A stretch of DNA of 63,717 nucleotides, filler included, from Atractiella rhizophila (Eukaryota): the NCBI GenBank assembly GCA_021432655.1. It is 6 parts of 6 records of this genome, joined end to end, with 100 filler letters (N's around TTAATTAATTAA, not from the genome) between each part and the next. Parts side by side here need not be neighbours in the genome. Positions count along the whole stretch, not along the records: positions 1 to 13,840 come from MU271968.1; positions 13,941 to 27,773 come from MU271969.1; 4 more parts are not named here. The stretch is one strand, 5' to 3'. The translations under genes were made by a program, and so were the position numbers. This document shows positions 12,003 to 23,445 of this stretch, piece after piece. Position 1 is the stretch's first letter. Each line of letters opens with the position of its first letter. The notes beneath the pieces are model-generated. The model was not told the DNA's origin, did no database searches, and was given only the letters and a program-made list of their open reading frames with translations.

Positions 12003-13840
12003 CTAGCGAGCACTAGAACTCCTGAACCTCTTGTGCCCATCTGCAACCATGGCCAATCCTTTCCTCTTGTTACTTGAACCATGATCCCTAGAAACAGCAT
12101 TGTCCTTTTGACTTTTCCATATTCCCTCTTCATCCTTCAGAGCGTCCAATAACACTTGCGACATAAACTTGTGGGTAGTCATTCGTTTAATCCTCCTGTC
12201 CGCCTTCTTATTAGCCCTCTTCCTCAGCTTCTGCCTCATCTCCTCCGTCCTCTCCTCTATTGTCCGCTCCGTCGTCTCCTCTGTCGACTCGTCTGTCTCT
12301 CCCTCCGATTGGAGATCATCCAAAATTCTTTCCACTAGATCCGCACGAGGGCCCAAACGGTCAGAAAGGCTTCGGAAGATTTTCCCGAGTACATCCTGAA
12401 GCTGGTTGGAAGAGAGTTTGAGGTCGTCGACACCACCTGTAATAATCGCCTTTCGACCTGTGCCTGTTGTCCTGGCGTTGTTCTGCATTCTATCGAACGG
12501 ACGGAGTAAATCGAGGCACGTTTCATCCGGCAACTCGCTTTGAGCGTGCGAAAGTACGATCCAGGCCAAAACGTAAACGAAGGACTCAATATCGTCTTTG
12601 GGCTCGTGGCGAATGCACTGGGTTGAGCCGATATCTTCCAAGAGTCGACGAGACATGAACTCGTAAGTGCCCTGTTCCACCATTCACCACTGCACAAGAT
12701 TATTAAAAAAGCACGGACCGTTCGCTCCCGGGAATTGTCAAGGTCGATATCCTTCTTTGCGAATTCCCAATCAATCAAAAACCCATTCGGGCCTTCTTCA
12801 ATTGGGCCAAGAAGGATGTTCCCAAAAGAGATATCACGGTGCAACATTTTAAGTCTGCTCCAGGCAGCAAAGTGAGCTGTGAGCGGCCAACCCTCGCAAA
12901 TCAGATTCATTTAAGTGAAGACACATCCGCACACCTTCAAAAGCATCCGAAAATCCTTTCACGAGCTCGTAACTGGATGTAAATTTGTCGAGTGGCCGTC
13001 CGACTTTAGCCAGAACAATTCGGTAGTGTACCATCTCACTTTCGTCTTCCTTGTCTGCCGATAGCTTGATGTGTTGGAGGTTGCCCCTTACATCACCTTC
13101 GGCAATAACCTGGAGGATATTTGGGACTTTGGATTCGTGCAATTCGGCATAGACTTCACCTTCCCGACGATATTGTGTGTTTCGCCACGTGTCCTTGAGC
13201 AAGACAAGGCATTTCTGTTGGGGATCGTAAGCTTTGAAGCATCTTGTTCCTCGGCCAATAGGTTGGTTGTGACGAAAGAGGAAGGGTTCGGAAAGGTAGA
13301 ACACCTTGTTTTCCACCTCCACCTTCAAGAGTGGCTCGCTAGCTGTAACGTTAAGTTTCGCTTTAGCCGCTTCGGAATGATCATCGTCCTCAAGGAGTTT
13401 CTGCATCGTCTCGTCATGCCCCCTTTCAGCATTGGATGCATGGGTATAGCGCCAGAAGAACTCGCGGAGGTAGGGTGTCGTCACGTAGTTGAACGAAGGG
13501 GTCACAAGGAAACCTGCACGAGAATGGCAGAGGAGACGAGCGAGGTGTTCCCGAACATAGAACGAGAAAACTCTGGTTCTTTGTTGGGAAGAAAGAATGA
13601 CGCTACTGTAAATGGTGATTTGACCGCGAGTTAATTTTGAAGTTTGTGAGTCGCCCTCGACCACCTTGCCTCCTTTCTCATCGCGGGAAGGTTCATCCTT
13701 GCGGGCCTTCTTAAACTCGCCAAACGACTCGGCGCTCTTCATGAACGTAGTGGTCGCCCCGTGAAAACTATAGAGGACCAGGTCAGGTTTGACACCGCCT
13801 ACCCCAAGCACTGGGATAAAATCTCTGTCGATGCTGTCGC
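12003..13840 (-). CDS. Fungal-type protein kinase (FunK1 / Pkinase_fungal family), 5' end lost at contig edge
   Basis: GRGTRCFKAYD, VLLKDTWR, REGEVYAELH, HYRIVLAKVGRPL, LHRDISFGNILL, GFLIDWEFAK, ERT|GTYEFMSRRLL, HEPKDDIESFVYVL. GT-AG introns at about 12877-12934 and 12672-12718 join the frames. Confidence 0.9.
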
Positions 13841-13940
13841 NNNNNNNNNNNNNNNNNNNNNNNNNNNNNNNNNNNNNNNNNNNNTTAATTAATTAANNNN
13901 NNNNNNNNNNNNNNNNNNNNNNNNNNNNNNNNNNNNNNNN
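13841..13940. other. Artificial contig linker (N44-TTAATTAATTAA-N44); same linker at 27774-27873, 34802-34901, 48676-48775 and 62537-62636
   Basis: Identical 100-nt structure occurs five times, the 12-mer has stops in all six frames, and genes are cut abruptly at these points. Confidence 0.97.
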
Positions 13941-14370
13941 CTTTTGGAGTAAGAGGCTTCATTCTTGTTCTTCTGGTTCAAATGAAGACACGCTTGCATC
14001 TCTTTTAAGCGAGTTCTTTTTTCTTTGCATAGATGAACGCATTGCACTTTAGTTGACATGATTATGCGTTCTCCCTACCTTCATCTAAGATACGCCACCT
14101 GCTTTCTAATCTGTGAGAGTTCAACAGCTTGTGCAGAACGAAATCATGAAATCAACACTTTATCGTGGCAAAGAGCAAGATCATTTGGAGCGTTTACAGG
14201 AGCGTTAGCCTGCTGCCGGTCTGTGTAACGTTCTTATTCTTGCAGTTTCGCAAGGGCAAGAACCTGAACACCAAACTAGAAAAATTCTTATGTACGCTGG
14301 AATGCGGCATTGCTCGTTTGGTACTGCTTTTCAACTTTTCTGGTATGGTAGTAACATTTTCTGCTATGTG
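13941..14370 (+). repeat. Diverged duplicate of the 5' part of TYW1 intron 1 (20830-21260)
   Basis: Shared blocks TTCTTGTTCTTCTGGTT, AAATGAAGACA, CTACCTTCATCTAAGATACGCCACCTGCT, GAGTTCAACAGCTTGTG, TCATTTGGAGCGTT. Confidence 0.85.
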
Positions 14371-15179
14371 CATCCTCGCAGGACCCCGGCCTAACGCTAA
14401 GAGGTCAGATAAAAGCCATACAGGTTTAGACCCAGTTTGGACACGAGGGTTTTACCCCAAATTTGACACTTCTGCATCTAACCCAAATTTCGGATCGCAT
14501 TTTGGACACAAACTAATCTAACCTGGAGAGACAAGTTTGATGGTTGATAGGGCATAAATTGCAATTCATATACATTTGTAAACCATTCTAGGTCGATTCT
14601 GAGCCAATAGAACAAAGGGTGTAAAGAGAAGTTCTCGCTGGAGGGGGACAACCTTACTTCTGCTGGCACATCTTTCCAACAATGTCTCTTCCCGACTCAA
14701 TGAAGCGAACATTTAAAGAGTTAACTGGTTGTTCTATACGCACAAGAGCACGGACGGATCACTGCTTGAGACGTTCAAAACAAATCGGTGAACGAGAAGT
14801 GAAGACATACAGATCACAGTCACTGGGCTGACTGAGAGCACCTCCTCCGATCGCCCAGAGGTAACCTGGCCAAGGTCTTCTTCCACCTGCCGTTGCCTCA
14901 GCAGCTTCTTTCTTTCTATTCCCAGGGAAGGTAGGATTCTTTGGGGCAGCTGTATACGCCAGTGTGGAGCAGATCACAGCTGGCGCACTCATTCGCATTA
15001 ACTCATTCTCGTTACTGCCGCGTTGATCAGTCGGGTTAAGTGGAGGTCAATTTTCGACTCTTGATTATTCCATATTATTCTCAATCGCCATGGACGGAGG
15101 ACTCGCGCAAGGATAAGCTTGCAAGTATCATTGACCATTCGAGGCTATACATATAATAAGTACTCGCAGGAAAGAGAGG

Positions 15180-17555
15180 ATGCCGATGCCCATCATTCCA
15201 CTCTATCTATCCTCCGCCTCCTCATCCAACTCCAACAATCGTCCTCCCCCGCCTCCTCCCAAGAATCCTTCTCACCATCTATCCGCATCCAGCCATCTAT
15301 CCCCTACCACCTCCAACTCCCACGGATCGTCAAGTGGTCATTCCAATGGGCACTTGGATAGGAATAGGAGCCCAGTAAGGAGAAGGAGGGGAGAAGAGTA
15401 GGATGATTCCCTGTCGACGACGAGCGAAGAGCTGGACTCTGACGAGAGCGCGGGGACACGGTTGCAGCATGTCGATACGACTACTTCTGCGCCACCTTTT
15501 CCGAATGGAAGTGGGAGTGAGGCTGGGGTGCGGGAAGCAAAGGTGCGCAATCTTCCGCCACGAGATAGAGGAAGTGGGAATGGACGGAGTGCTGTCACGC
15601 TTGAGCGGAGTGGCAATACACTGGGGATCATGAGCGGAGTGGCAATACACTGGGGATCATGAGCGGAGTGGCAATACACTGGGGATCATGAGCGGAAGTG
15701 GAAGTGGTAGTTGGAGCAAGAATGGAACTGGGAGTGGTCTAGGGATGGGCCGACGCATCCAGCGCCGCCAAAACGCAAATCCATCCGTCTACCCTCCTTC
15801 AAATCCACATTCAACCGCACGCTCCCTCTCCCTCCTCTCCTCCACTCCCCTCTCATCTTCATCCCCCTCTCCCTCCCCTAATTCTGCCTCTCATGCGTCC
15901 ACCCCATCCACCTCCCGCTCTCCATACAGGATTCTCCCCGGCCTCTCCTTCTCCACAGACCACCTTCCCTCCCTCCGCTCCATCCGCAAAGTTCGTTCCT
16001 CATACACCACTCCCCACCCCTCCTCAACCACACCCTCAGACTTTCTTTCCGGGCTAAGCCAAGCATTCAACAAACCGCCCAAATTCCCACCCATCCCCGC
16101 TCTCCCCGCCGGGCTCAAACAGACCTAACGAAGGTCTGGGACCAGATCAACACCGGCGTCCAAGCCCTCCTCCCGTCCTTCGACACAGGTCCTCCTCCAC
16201 TTCTCCGCTCTTCCCCGGCTCTTCGTCCTCCACATCCGCATCTGCGTCTTGCTCCCGCTCCAGCTGCCGGCAGGGATCGTCCGGCGTCGGCGGGAAGGGA
16301 GAGATGCTGTTTAGGAGGAGGACGTAGGTCGTCCCGAATGTGGAGAAGGAGGTTTTAGTGTTCCTTTAGAGGCAGTTTCACGCTCGCGTCTCGTCCCACT
16401 GGGAACTCGATCCGTAGTCGCTGTTGGAGGGGAAATCGGACAAGATGTGGATGGAGACGGAAGGGGAGGAGTGAGGAATGGACATTGGCTCGATGTGGTG
16501 ACGAGGAAGTGGTTGCCCGCTATTGCGGTTAGGTGTTTGGAGTATTTTCAGGTTTGGGGGGAGAGGGAGGAGGGTGTTTGGGGGGGAGATTGAGGGTCTT
16601 AGGAGGGTGGTTGGTGCTGGCGAGTGTTTCTTCTAAGGATCTTTTTCCGGAGTGAAGTGGAAGGCGAGGCGCTGAAAGAAGCTGAGCACAAGATATAAAG
16701 TGGACCTTTGGCGATGATGTGATGAGGAAGGAAAATAGTGATGACGAACAAATGGGTGATGGAACAGGCATCGATCTCGACCTTTCACAATGTGGACCGG
16801 CGGATCTTGACCTTCATGCTGTCGCCAGCGTCTTCAAGAGCTGGCTACGAGAGCGTGGCGCCCTTTCCTCTTCCATCTGCCCTGACGATCCTAAAATAAC
16901 ACCTGGGAGAACAGTGTTCGAATCCGTCCTGTCAAATTCCCTGGACACAGTCGTTGACTCCCTCGTCTTCTCCCACACCAACCAGCCCACGCTATTGACC
17001 GACCTCGTCCCTTCGACCGCCACTCCCACCCGCGCAACGTTCGCTTCTTCCGTTAACTCTCCCGGATCTCTACAGTCCCCCTCGACGAAGACAACAGATC
17101 TAACTTGCTGGGCAAGCTGAAAGATTTGTTCGGCGGCGCATTCCCCCCTGAGAACTATCCTTTTACATTCCCTCGCGTTTCATCTTCACCACCTCTCCCA
17201 ACATGCGGACAAGTCGAAAGTGACGCCCTCAAACTTACTCCTCGTCCTCTCTCCAACGCTCAGGTTCAACCCTAGCTTCCTCAAACTGTTGATCACGGAG
17301 AGGGAGACGCTGTTTCGAGGAGGTGTGAGAGTGCGAGGATTAAGGAAGGTAGTTGGGAAATCGAGGTCATGGGCGACGTCAAGAAGAAGGTGTATGGAAC
17401 TCCTAGTCCGGCGGCGAGTCCGAGTCCGAGGGGGGAGAAACAGTTTGCGCTCCAGCAACAGTATCAGCAGGTGTCAGCCCAGAGACGGAGTCCGAGAGAG
17501 TTCCAGGCGTTCGCTCTGCGAGGGACAAGGGCAGGGGATGGGAAGCGATGAGACG
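15180..17555 (+). pseudogene. RhoGAP-domain gene, frameshifted and 3'-truncated
   Basis: WLPAIAVRCLEYFQVWGEREEGV (~16510-16580), DLHAVASVFKSWLRE, PPENY, HADKSKVTPSNLLLVLSPTLRFNPSFLKLLI. S/P-rich N-terminus is broken by stops and frameshifts. Confidence 0.75.
15602..15696. repeat. Perfect 29-bp tandem repeat x3.3 (TGAGCGGAGTGGCAATACACTGGGGATCA)
   Basis: Units start at 15602, 15631, 15660 and 15689 (partial); no spacers between them. Confidence 0.95.
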
Positions 17556-17558
17556 GCG

Positions 17559-17913
17559 CAACTCAAGCAGCACATGACTAATTCCACTCTTCGCACAGAT
17601 ACGATCAACGCTTGCACACCTCGACAACACAGTCGTCCCATACCGTCTATACCCTTTCGCAATCGGCGACTCCTCCTGCGGTCCGCTCTTCTGCAAACAA
17701 CCCCTCCATCTCTCTTCTCTCTTGAGTGAGATGGGTGCACGGCAATCCTCCCATTCGTAATGCCTCTCCTCTGTCTTATCAGGTCATGATTTGTTCCCAC
17801 AAGCAGAGGGAAAAAGTGCGATGTAGCTGTCGATCCTGAAGAGACCATCCGCCAGTTCGCATCCAGTCTATCAGACCGCGTCAACGAACTAGGATCCCAA
17901 TATGATTCGAAAA
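17559..17913 (+). pseudogene. Duplicate fragment of TYW1 (intron 1 acceptor, exon 2, intron 2, start of exon 3)
   Basis: Colinear with ~21340-21700: TTCGCACAG|ATACGATCAACGC, AIGDSS(C/Y)GPLFCKQPLHL, AAGTGCGATGTAGCTGTCGATCCTGAAGAGACCATCCGCCA ... TATGATTCGAAAA. Confidence 0.9.
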
Positions 17914-17940
17914 CCCTTCTCGACCTCCTTGCGACCGATG

Positions 17941-18685
17941 ATCGTATCTTTGTACACCGATGTGGTACGTGACGACTCCTATACGCCACACAAGATCAGC
18001 ATACGCTGCGGAACGAACCTGGGCGACTTGCACGAAGCGCTTTGTTGCTGAGTTGAACAGGCCGACAGGATGGCAGCACTTCAGTTTGGTCCATGGACAA
18101 CTTGGTATGAGTGATTCGCCTGCAGGTATGATGGATGACAAGTGCGTTCTCCTTCCTTTCACCCCGCTTTTGTTGTAGAAATGTATAACGGACAGAGAGA
18201 AAGAGAAGAATGTAGCGCGAATCTCCATCTTACAAATCGCCGTCCTTTCCAATCACCTGAATGGCAAAGACACCCACATCCGTTCCATCCGTATCTTTTC
18301 CCCACTTCCCTCTCCATCCTCCTCCTCGACCTCCCTCACTACATCCCTCTCCTGTAACCCCCCCGCCTTCTCCGCTCTGCCATTCCCGGTACCCTCCACG
18401 CGAGTCGGTGGCTATGGCGGGGTTGAGGGTGGAAAGATGTACCTTCCACTGCCTATGTCCATGGGAGGGGCTCTTTTGGAGAAGACGGAGGATATGTTTG
18501 AGAGGAGAGACATCCTGAAATCTGCATATGAGGAGAGGAAGGGGGATATTGAGAAATTGTCAGGGAGGAGTTTGAGTGAGGAGGATCTGGGCTTTGATGA
18601 CGAGAGCTTGGTGAGAGAATTTGTGAGGGAGATGCCGTTGTGGACGAAGGGCTTGAGAGAGGTCAGGGGAGGCAGTATCAGATGA
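17941..18685 (+). pseudogene. APC10: APC10/DOC1 (anaphase-promoting complex subunit 10), 3' two-thirds only, with a frameshift
   Basis: IVSLYTDVVRDDSYTPHKISIRCGTNLGDLHE, then a frameshift, [42 protein letters not shown], and a C-terminal IR tail (GGSIR*). No N-terminal exons upstream. Confidence 0.8.
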
Positions 18686-19193
18686 CTTTTTCTCCCTTTT
18701 TGTGTTTTGGGTGTGAATGTGCATAAAGCTGCCATAACGTGTATACTTCTGGTAGCAAACAGAATACAGACTACCTTATGTGCAATCTCAAGTATTGTCA
18801 CATCATGGAAGCAAGGAAAATAGACTGAAGCAAAGTTTTCAGGGGAGGAAGGTGGAAAGGCAAGGCGTGCACGCACTCAGGCTGGGGTCCCTTCTTACAT
18901 GATTTGGCTGCACGCTTATACCTATGAGCTCAAACCTCGAAACCCAGTGCTGCCACTGGTTTCTGACAATCTTCTTTCGTTAAACGTAGCTGTATTTTCC
19001 TCCATCGTACACTACATGAGTTACAAGTAGACCGGTCCAAGCGAGACATCGCAAGAGAACGAGTGAATGGTTACTAACAAAGGTGAATATCAAGCGCATT
19101 GAATGAATGCTGCCACTGCCAACGACTGATACATGCGACAGATGAGCTACGTGTCCGTTTACCCTTTTACAGGCTTTTTGATACCCCTTAAAC

Positions 19194-19998
19194 TTATGGT
19201 AAGCAGCCCCTTGTCCGGTCACCTCCCCAGTATGCTACAGCATTCTCCCACCATTTCTTAATCCAGTTTCGACTCAGAGTCAGCTTGAAGGATGTCCAGA
19301 TGACGATGATAACAGGTAACAAGTGTAGCGTCCACTTGTGGTCATCGTGGAGGTGTTCAGACGTGAAGTTGTAGGCTACAATGAGTTGAATGATCCAAAA
19401 CACTGCCCAGGGAACGACTTGGCAGTCTGGTTCTTGAGTGTTATATCGCCCCTCCGCTATGTTTACTTTCAGCTTGGATGTAAGGGGCAAATAACGATGA
19501 GGACCTACCGCTTTGAGAATGGGATGGTGAACTGATGTCGACCCACGCAACGCCAGCTATGAGGAGGAGAAAGCAAATCCAACGCCAGACGTATTTTCCA
19601 TTGTCTGCGTTGTCTGAAGGCATGAGCATGCCGACGGCGACGCCCAACATGATGACGGCGAGACCGTCCGCAATTTTAATCGTTGGTGTCTCGTGCACCG
19701 TTATATTCTTGCTGGCCTGAATAAGGAGACGAATAAGGTGGTCTTCGAAGCGTTTTTGCTGTGAGAAGAGTACATAAGCGCGTCACAGATGATTGAATGT
19801 CGCATTCACCTCGATTAGAGTGCTATTGGCAACAGCGTTATTTGCTGAAGGTGAGCTCTCGAAAGTTACCGCGGTGGGACTCCTAGCTGCGAGTGAGATG
19901 CGAATCGAGAAGGCATTACATATGAAGCACCTTTGATGCACAGATTCAGCTGCATCCAGGTTCAGCCAATTGAATTTCAGATAAATGTAGACGCTCAC
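19194..19998 (-). CDS. Uncharacterised multi-pass membrane protein, paralog A (exon limits approximate)
   Basis: Hydrophobic segments LAVIMLGVAVGMLMP, YVWRWICFLLLIAGVAWVDISS, VPWAVFWIIQLIVAY and HKWTLHLLPVIIVIW; aligns by eye to 24682-25134. Confidence 0.55.
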
Positions 19999-20526
19999 AT
20001 TGGATCACTTGAGAAACTGGAGGTATGTGTTGTCCATCTTGAGCTCCAAGGGCGGTGTCTGGTCCCAAGCTACACTCCGTCAGTGTCACCAGACACGTCG
20101 AGATCAAGGCGAATGTACCATTTCATGGATGCAGCAGATGCAACAGTGCTGGTGGACGCCATGGAAGTGGTTCAATTACGTAATGGTTGAACTAAATTTC
20201 TGACTTGCTAACTTATTTATCTTCCAACTTGGAGCAGGTCGGTCCAGTTGGGGCTGAGAAACTGAACTACCTACCTGAACCGCTGAGCTCCCTGAGGTGC
20301 TGAGGTCGGAAACATTGGAGAAGTTCCGTTCTCTTTTTGAAGAACCAGGTGCAGATCAGTGGGATGCATCCGGGGATGGAACATCTTGGGAACATAATAA
20401 AAATCCTAAATATTGAATGTCAGAACTGTAATTCAATGAACAAGTATCCCGTTCGACCGTCTGTTACCATTTCCGCCCGTAGCACTCAACAACCAGCAAA
20501 CCATTTGGCCATCTGGGATGTCTGTA

Positions 20527-23445
20527 ATGTTCCCTGGCGCCTTCCCTTCTGCTTCTGCACCACCGTCGCCTCTCACCGTACTATACTACTCCCACTCCAG
20601 CACAACCCGCCGCCTCGTATCCGTCCTCACCAAAAACATACCTGCAGATCTCTCAGTGGAAGTGAAAACTGTGGACATCTTGGATGGATTTGACCTGGAT
20701 GATCTGTTGGATGAGGCAACACCGAGATGGATTGTATGGATGATACCTAGCTACAAGGCGGAGGATGGTGGCGGAGGTGGAAAAGGCAGAGAGGTGGAAA
20801 GATGGGCAGAAGATATGAAGTACGTAGTTTCTCTTTGGAGCAGGTGATTTCGTTCTTGTTCTTCTGGTTAAATGAAGACATGCGTCTCTTTTAAGCAAGC
20901 TCTTTTACTTTGCATAGACAACCGCTTTGCACTTTAGTTGAAAGTGCTCATGAGCTCTCTCTACCTTCATCTAAGATACGCCACCTGCTCTCTAATCTGT
21001 AAGAGTTCAACAGCTTGTGTAGATCGGATATCTGAAACACAATGCTTTCCATCGCTAATCGCAAGTCATTTGGAGCGTTGGGAGAGGAGTGACTTGCTCC
21101 CACTGGTTCATGCATTTGCTTAAATAACTCTCTTATTTCTGCTCTTTCACAAGGCCCAAAGGCCAAACCAGGAACGTCTACTGTAAACTGGAATGAAAAC
21201 TCGATTGATACTGGCTTCCAACTTTGTGTCTTAGCACAATATTCTCTGTTGCTACATACGTTCCCCTTGCATCTATGTCAAAATAAGGAAACCCTACGCA
21301 TTTCTCTCTTAAAGATTTAGTATACATTTTTCTACTGGGATGCAGCTGGACCAACACATGTTAACTCCACCATTCGCACAGATACGATCAACGCCTTCAT
21401 ACATCGACAACACGATTGTCTCATACCCTCTATACGCTTATCGCCATCGGCGACTCCTCCTACGGTCCCCTCTTCTGCAAACAACCCCTCCATCTCTCTT
21501 CCCTCATGAGCGAAATGGGTGCCCGTCAGTTCCTCCCGTTCGTAACGCCTCTCTTCTGTCTTATCATGTCCTGACTTGTGTCCCACTGCCAGGGCAAGCA
21601 AGTGCGATGTAGCTGTCGATCCTGAAGAGACCATCCGCCAATTCGCGTCCACTCTATCAGACCGCGTCAACGAACTAGCATCCCAATATGATTCGAAAAA
21701 CCTAGAAAGCTGGACAGAATTCCTCGAGCTTGTCCCCATCCAAGCTCCCTCCGTCCGCGCTCGCTCCTCAAAGGCGAAACAAAAGCTAGCAGCGGCGAAA
21801 GAGAAAGCGGCGCTCAAAGCACGCGTGAACGGAGCAGCTTCTCTTTCGTCCGATGATGAGGGAGAGGGCAAGGCGGCGGAGGAGGACATGGATATTGAGG
21901 ATTTGGTTGCGATTGGGAAGGCGGAGGAAGAGAATGTGCCGAAAGATAATAGGAGAGAGATGATTACACCACTTACGAGGAAGGCACTTACTAAGCAGGG
22001 GTATGAACTTGTGGGATCCCACTCTGGAGTTAAGACGTGTCGTTGGGTAAGTGTTTGCTCGTCCTCAGGCTTTTTTGTCATTAACCAATGATGATCATGT
22101 AGACAAAAAGTGCAATTCGTGGCCGTGGGTTCTGCTACAAGCATGCATTCTACGGAATCCAATCACACCGGTGAGTAGCTACGGCTCGAGCTTCCGTCTT
22201 GGACTAAGACATACAAGCTGTATGGAAACGACACCGTCTCTCGCATGTGCGAACAAGTGCACATTCTGCTGGCGATCACACACGAATCCGGTAGGGACGA
22301 CGTGGCGATGGAAGGTTGATGATGCGGAGGAGATCGTGGACGGCGCCATTAAAGGGCATCTGAGACTCATCGGTCAGTTGAAGGGACTTCCTGGGCTGAG
22401 GGAAGAGCGGTTTGAGGAAGGTGCGTCGCCTTCTCTCTCTACCCCTGATCCTTAAATCACCTCATGTTACAGCGAAGACCCCACGGCATGCTGCTCTCTC
22501 GCTCGTCGGAGAGCCTATTTTCTACCCTCAAATACGGGAGTACATTGAACACCTGCACTCTGTTCGTCTTCCCTATCCACTTTTCATTCCATCTAACACA
22601 ATTGGCAGAAACATATCTCAACGTTCTTAGTGACTAACGCACAATTTCCGGCACCTCTTCGTTCGTTAGGAAAGGTGACCCAGCTGTATCTCTCCATCGA
22701 CGCTGGGACGAAGGAGAGTCTGAAGCGTGTCGACCAACCTCTGCATAAGGATTTTTGGGAGCGTTTCTTGGAGTGCATCGACATTGTTAGGGACTACAAG
22801 ATGCGAACAGTGTTCAGGTTCGTGTTTGCACTATCTACCTATGCCAGTTACAAGAAAGATTAATAATGAAGAACAGATTAACACTAGTGAAGGAATACAA
22901 TACGGAAGAGCTCGATGCATATGCTGAATTGGTGAGACGAGGGAATCCAGATTTTGTCGAAGTGAAGGGAGTAACATATTGCGGATACGGAGGAAGTGGG
23001 GACTTGACGATCAAGAATTCACCATTTCATGACGAAGGTGTGTGTTTCCCTTTCTATCAACTGTGTCATAGCCCATGCTGATAATCGCACAACCAGTATG
23101 CAACTTCGTGCAAGCTCTCGTCGACCGTCTCGACGGGTTGTACGGTATGGCGGCTGAACACAGACATAGTTGCTGCGTCCTCGCTGCACGGCAAGAATTC
23201 TACGACGTGGAGAAAGAGGAATGGAGGACTTGGATCGATTATGATCGCTTCTTCGAATTGGTGGAAGGAGGAAAAGACTTCACCGCGATCGACTACTCAA
23301 TCACAACGCCCGAATGGGCTGTTTACGGGAGTCCAGAAGCGGGCTTTAGTCCTGAAGACGTAAGATAATCCTATCTATTAAAGGCAGCGTAAACTGAAGC
23401 GGTGGTCAGACCCGGTGGTTTAGAAAGAAGAAGGGCGAGGAGTAG
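20527..23445 (+). CDS. TYW1: tRNA wybutosine-synthesising protein 1 (flavodoxin + radical SAM 4-demethylwyosine synthase), multi-exon
   Basis: Flavodoxin motif IAIGDSSYGPLFC; LTKQGYELVGSHSGVKTCRW; YGIQSH; METTPSLACANKCTFCWR (CxxxCxxC); HAALSLVGEPI; TQLYLSIDA; EVKGVTYCG; WIDYDRFFEL; GFSPED|TRWFRKKKGEE*. Confidence 0.96.

Noticed and set aside
13885..13896. Recurrent palindrome TTAATTAATTAA (five copies)
   Set aside because: Always centred in a 100-nt N run; an artificial six-frame-stop linker, not biology.
15602..15696. 29-bp repeats of CRISPR-like length
   Set aside because: Head-to-tail with no spacers, no cas genes, eukaryotic context.
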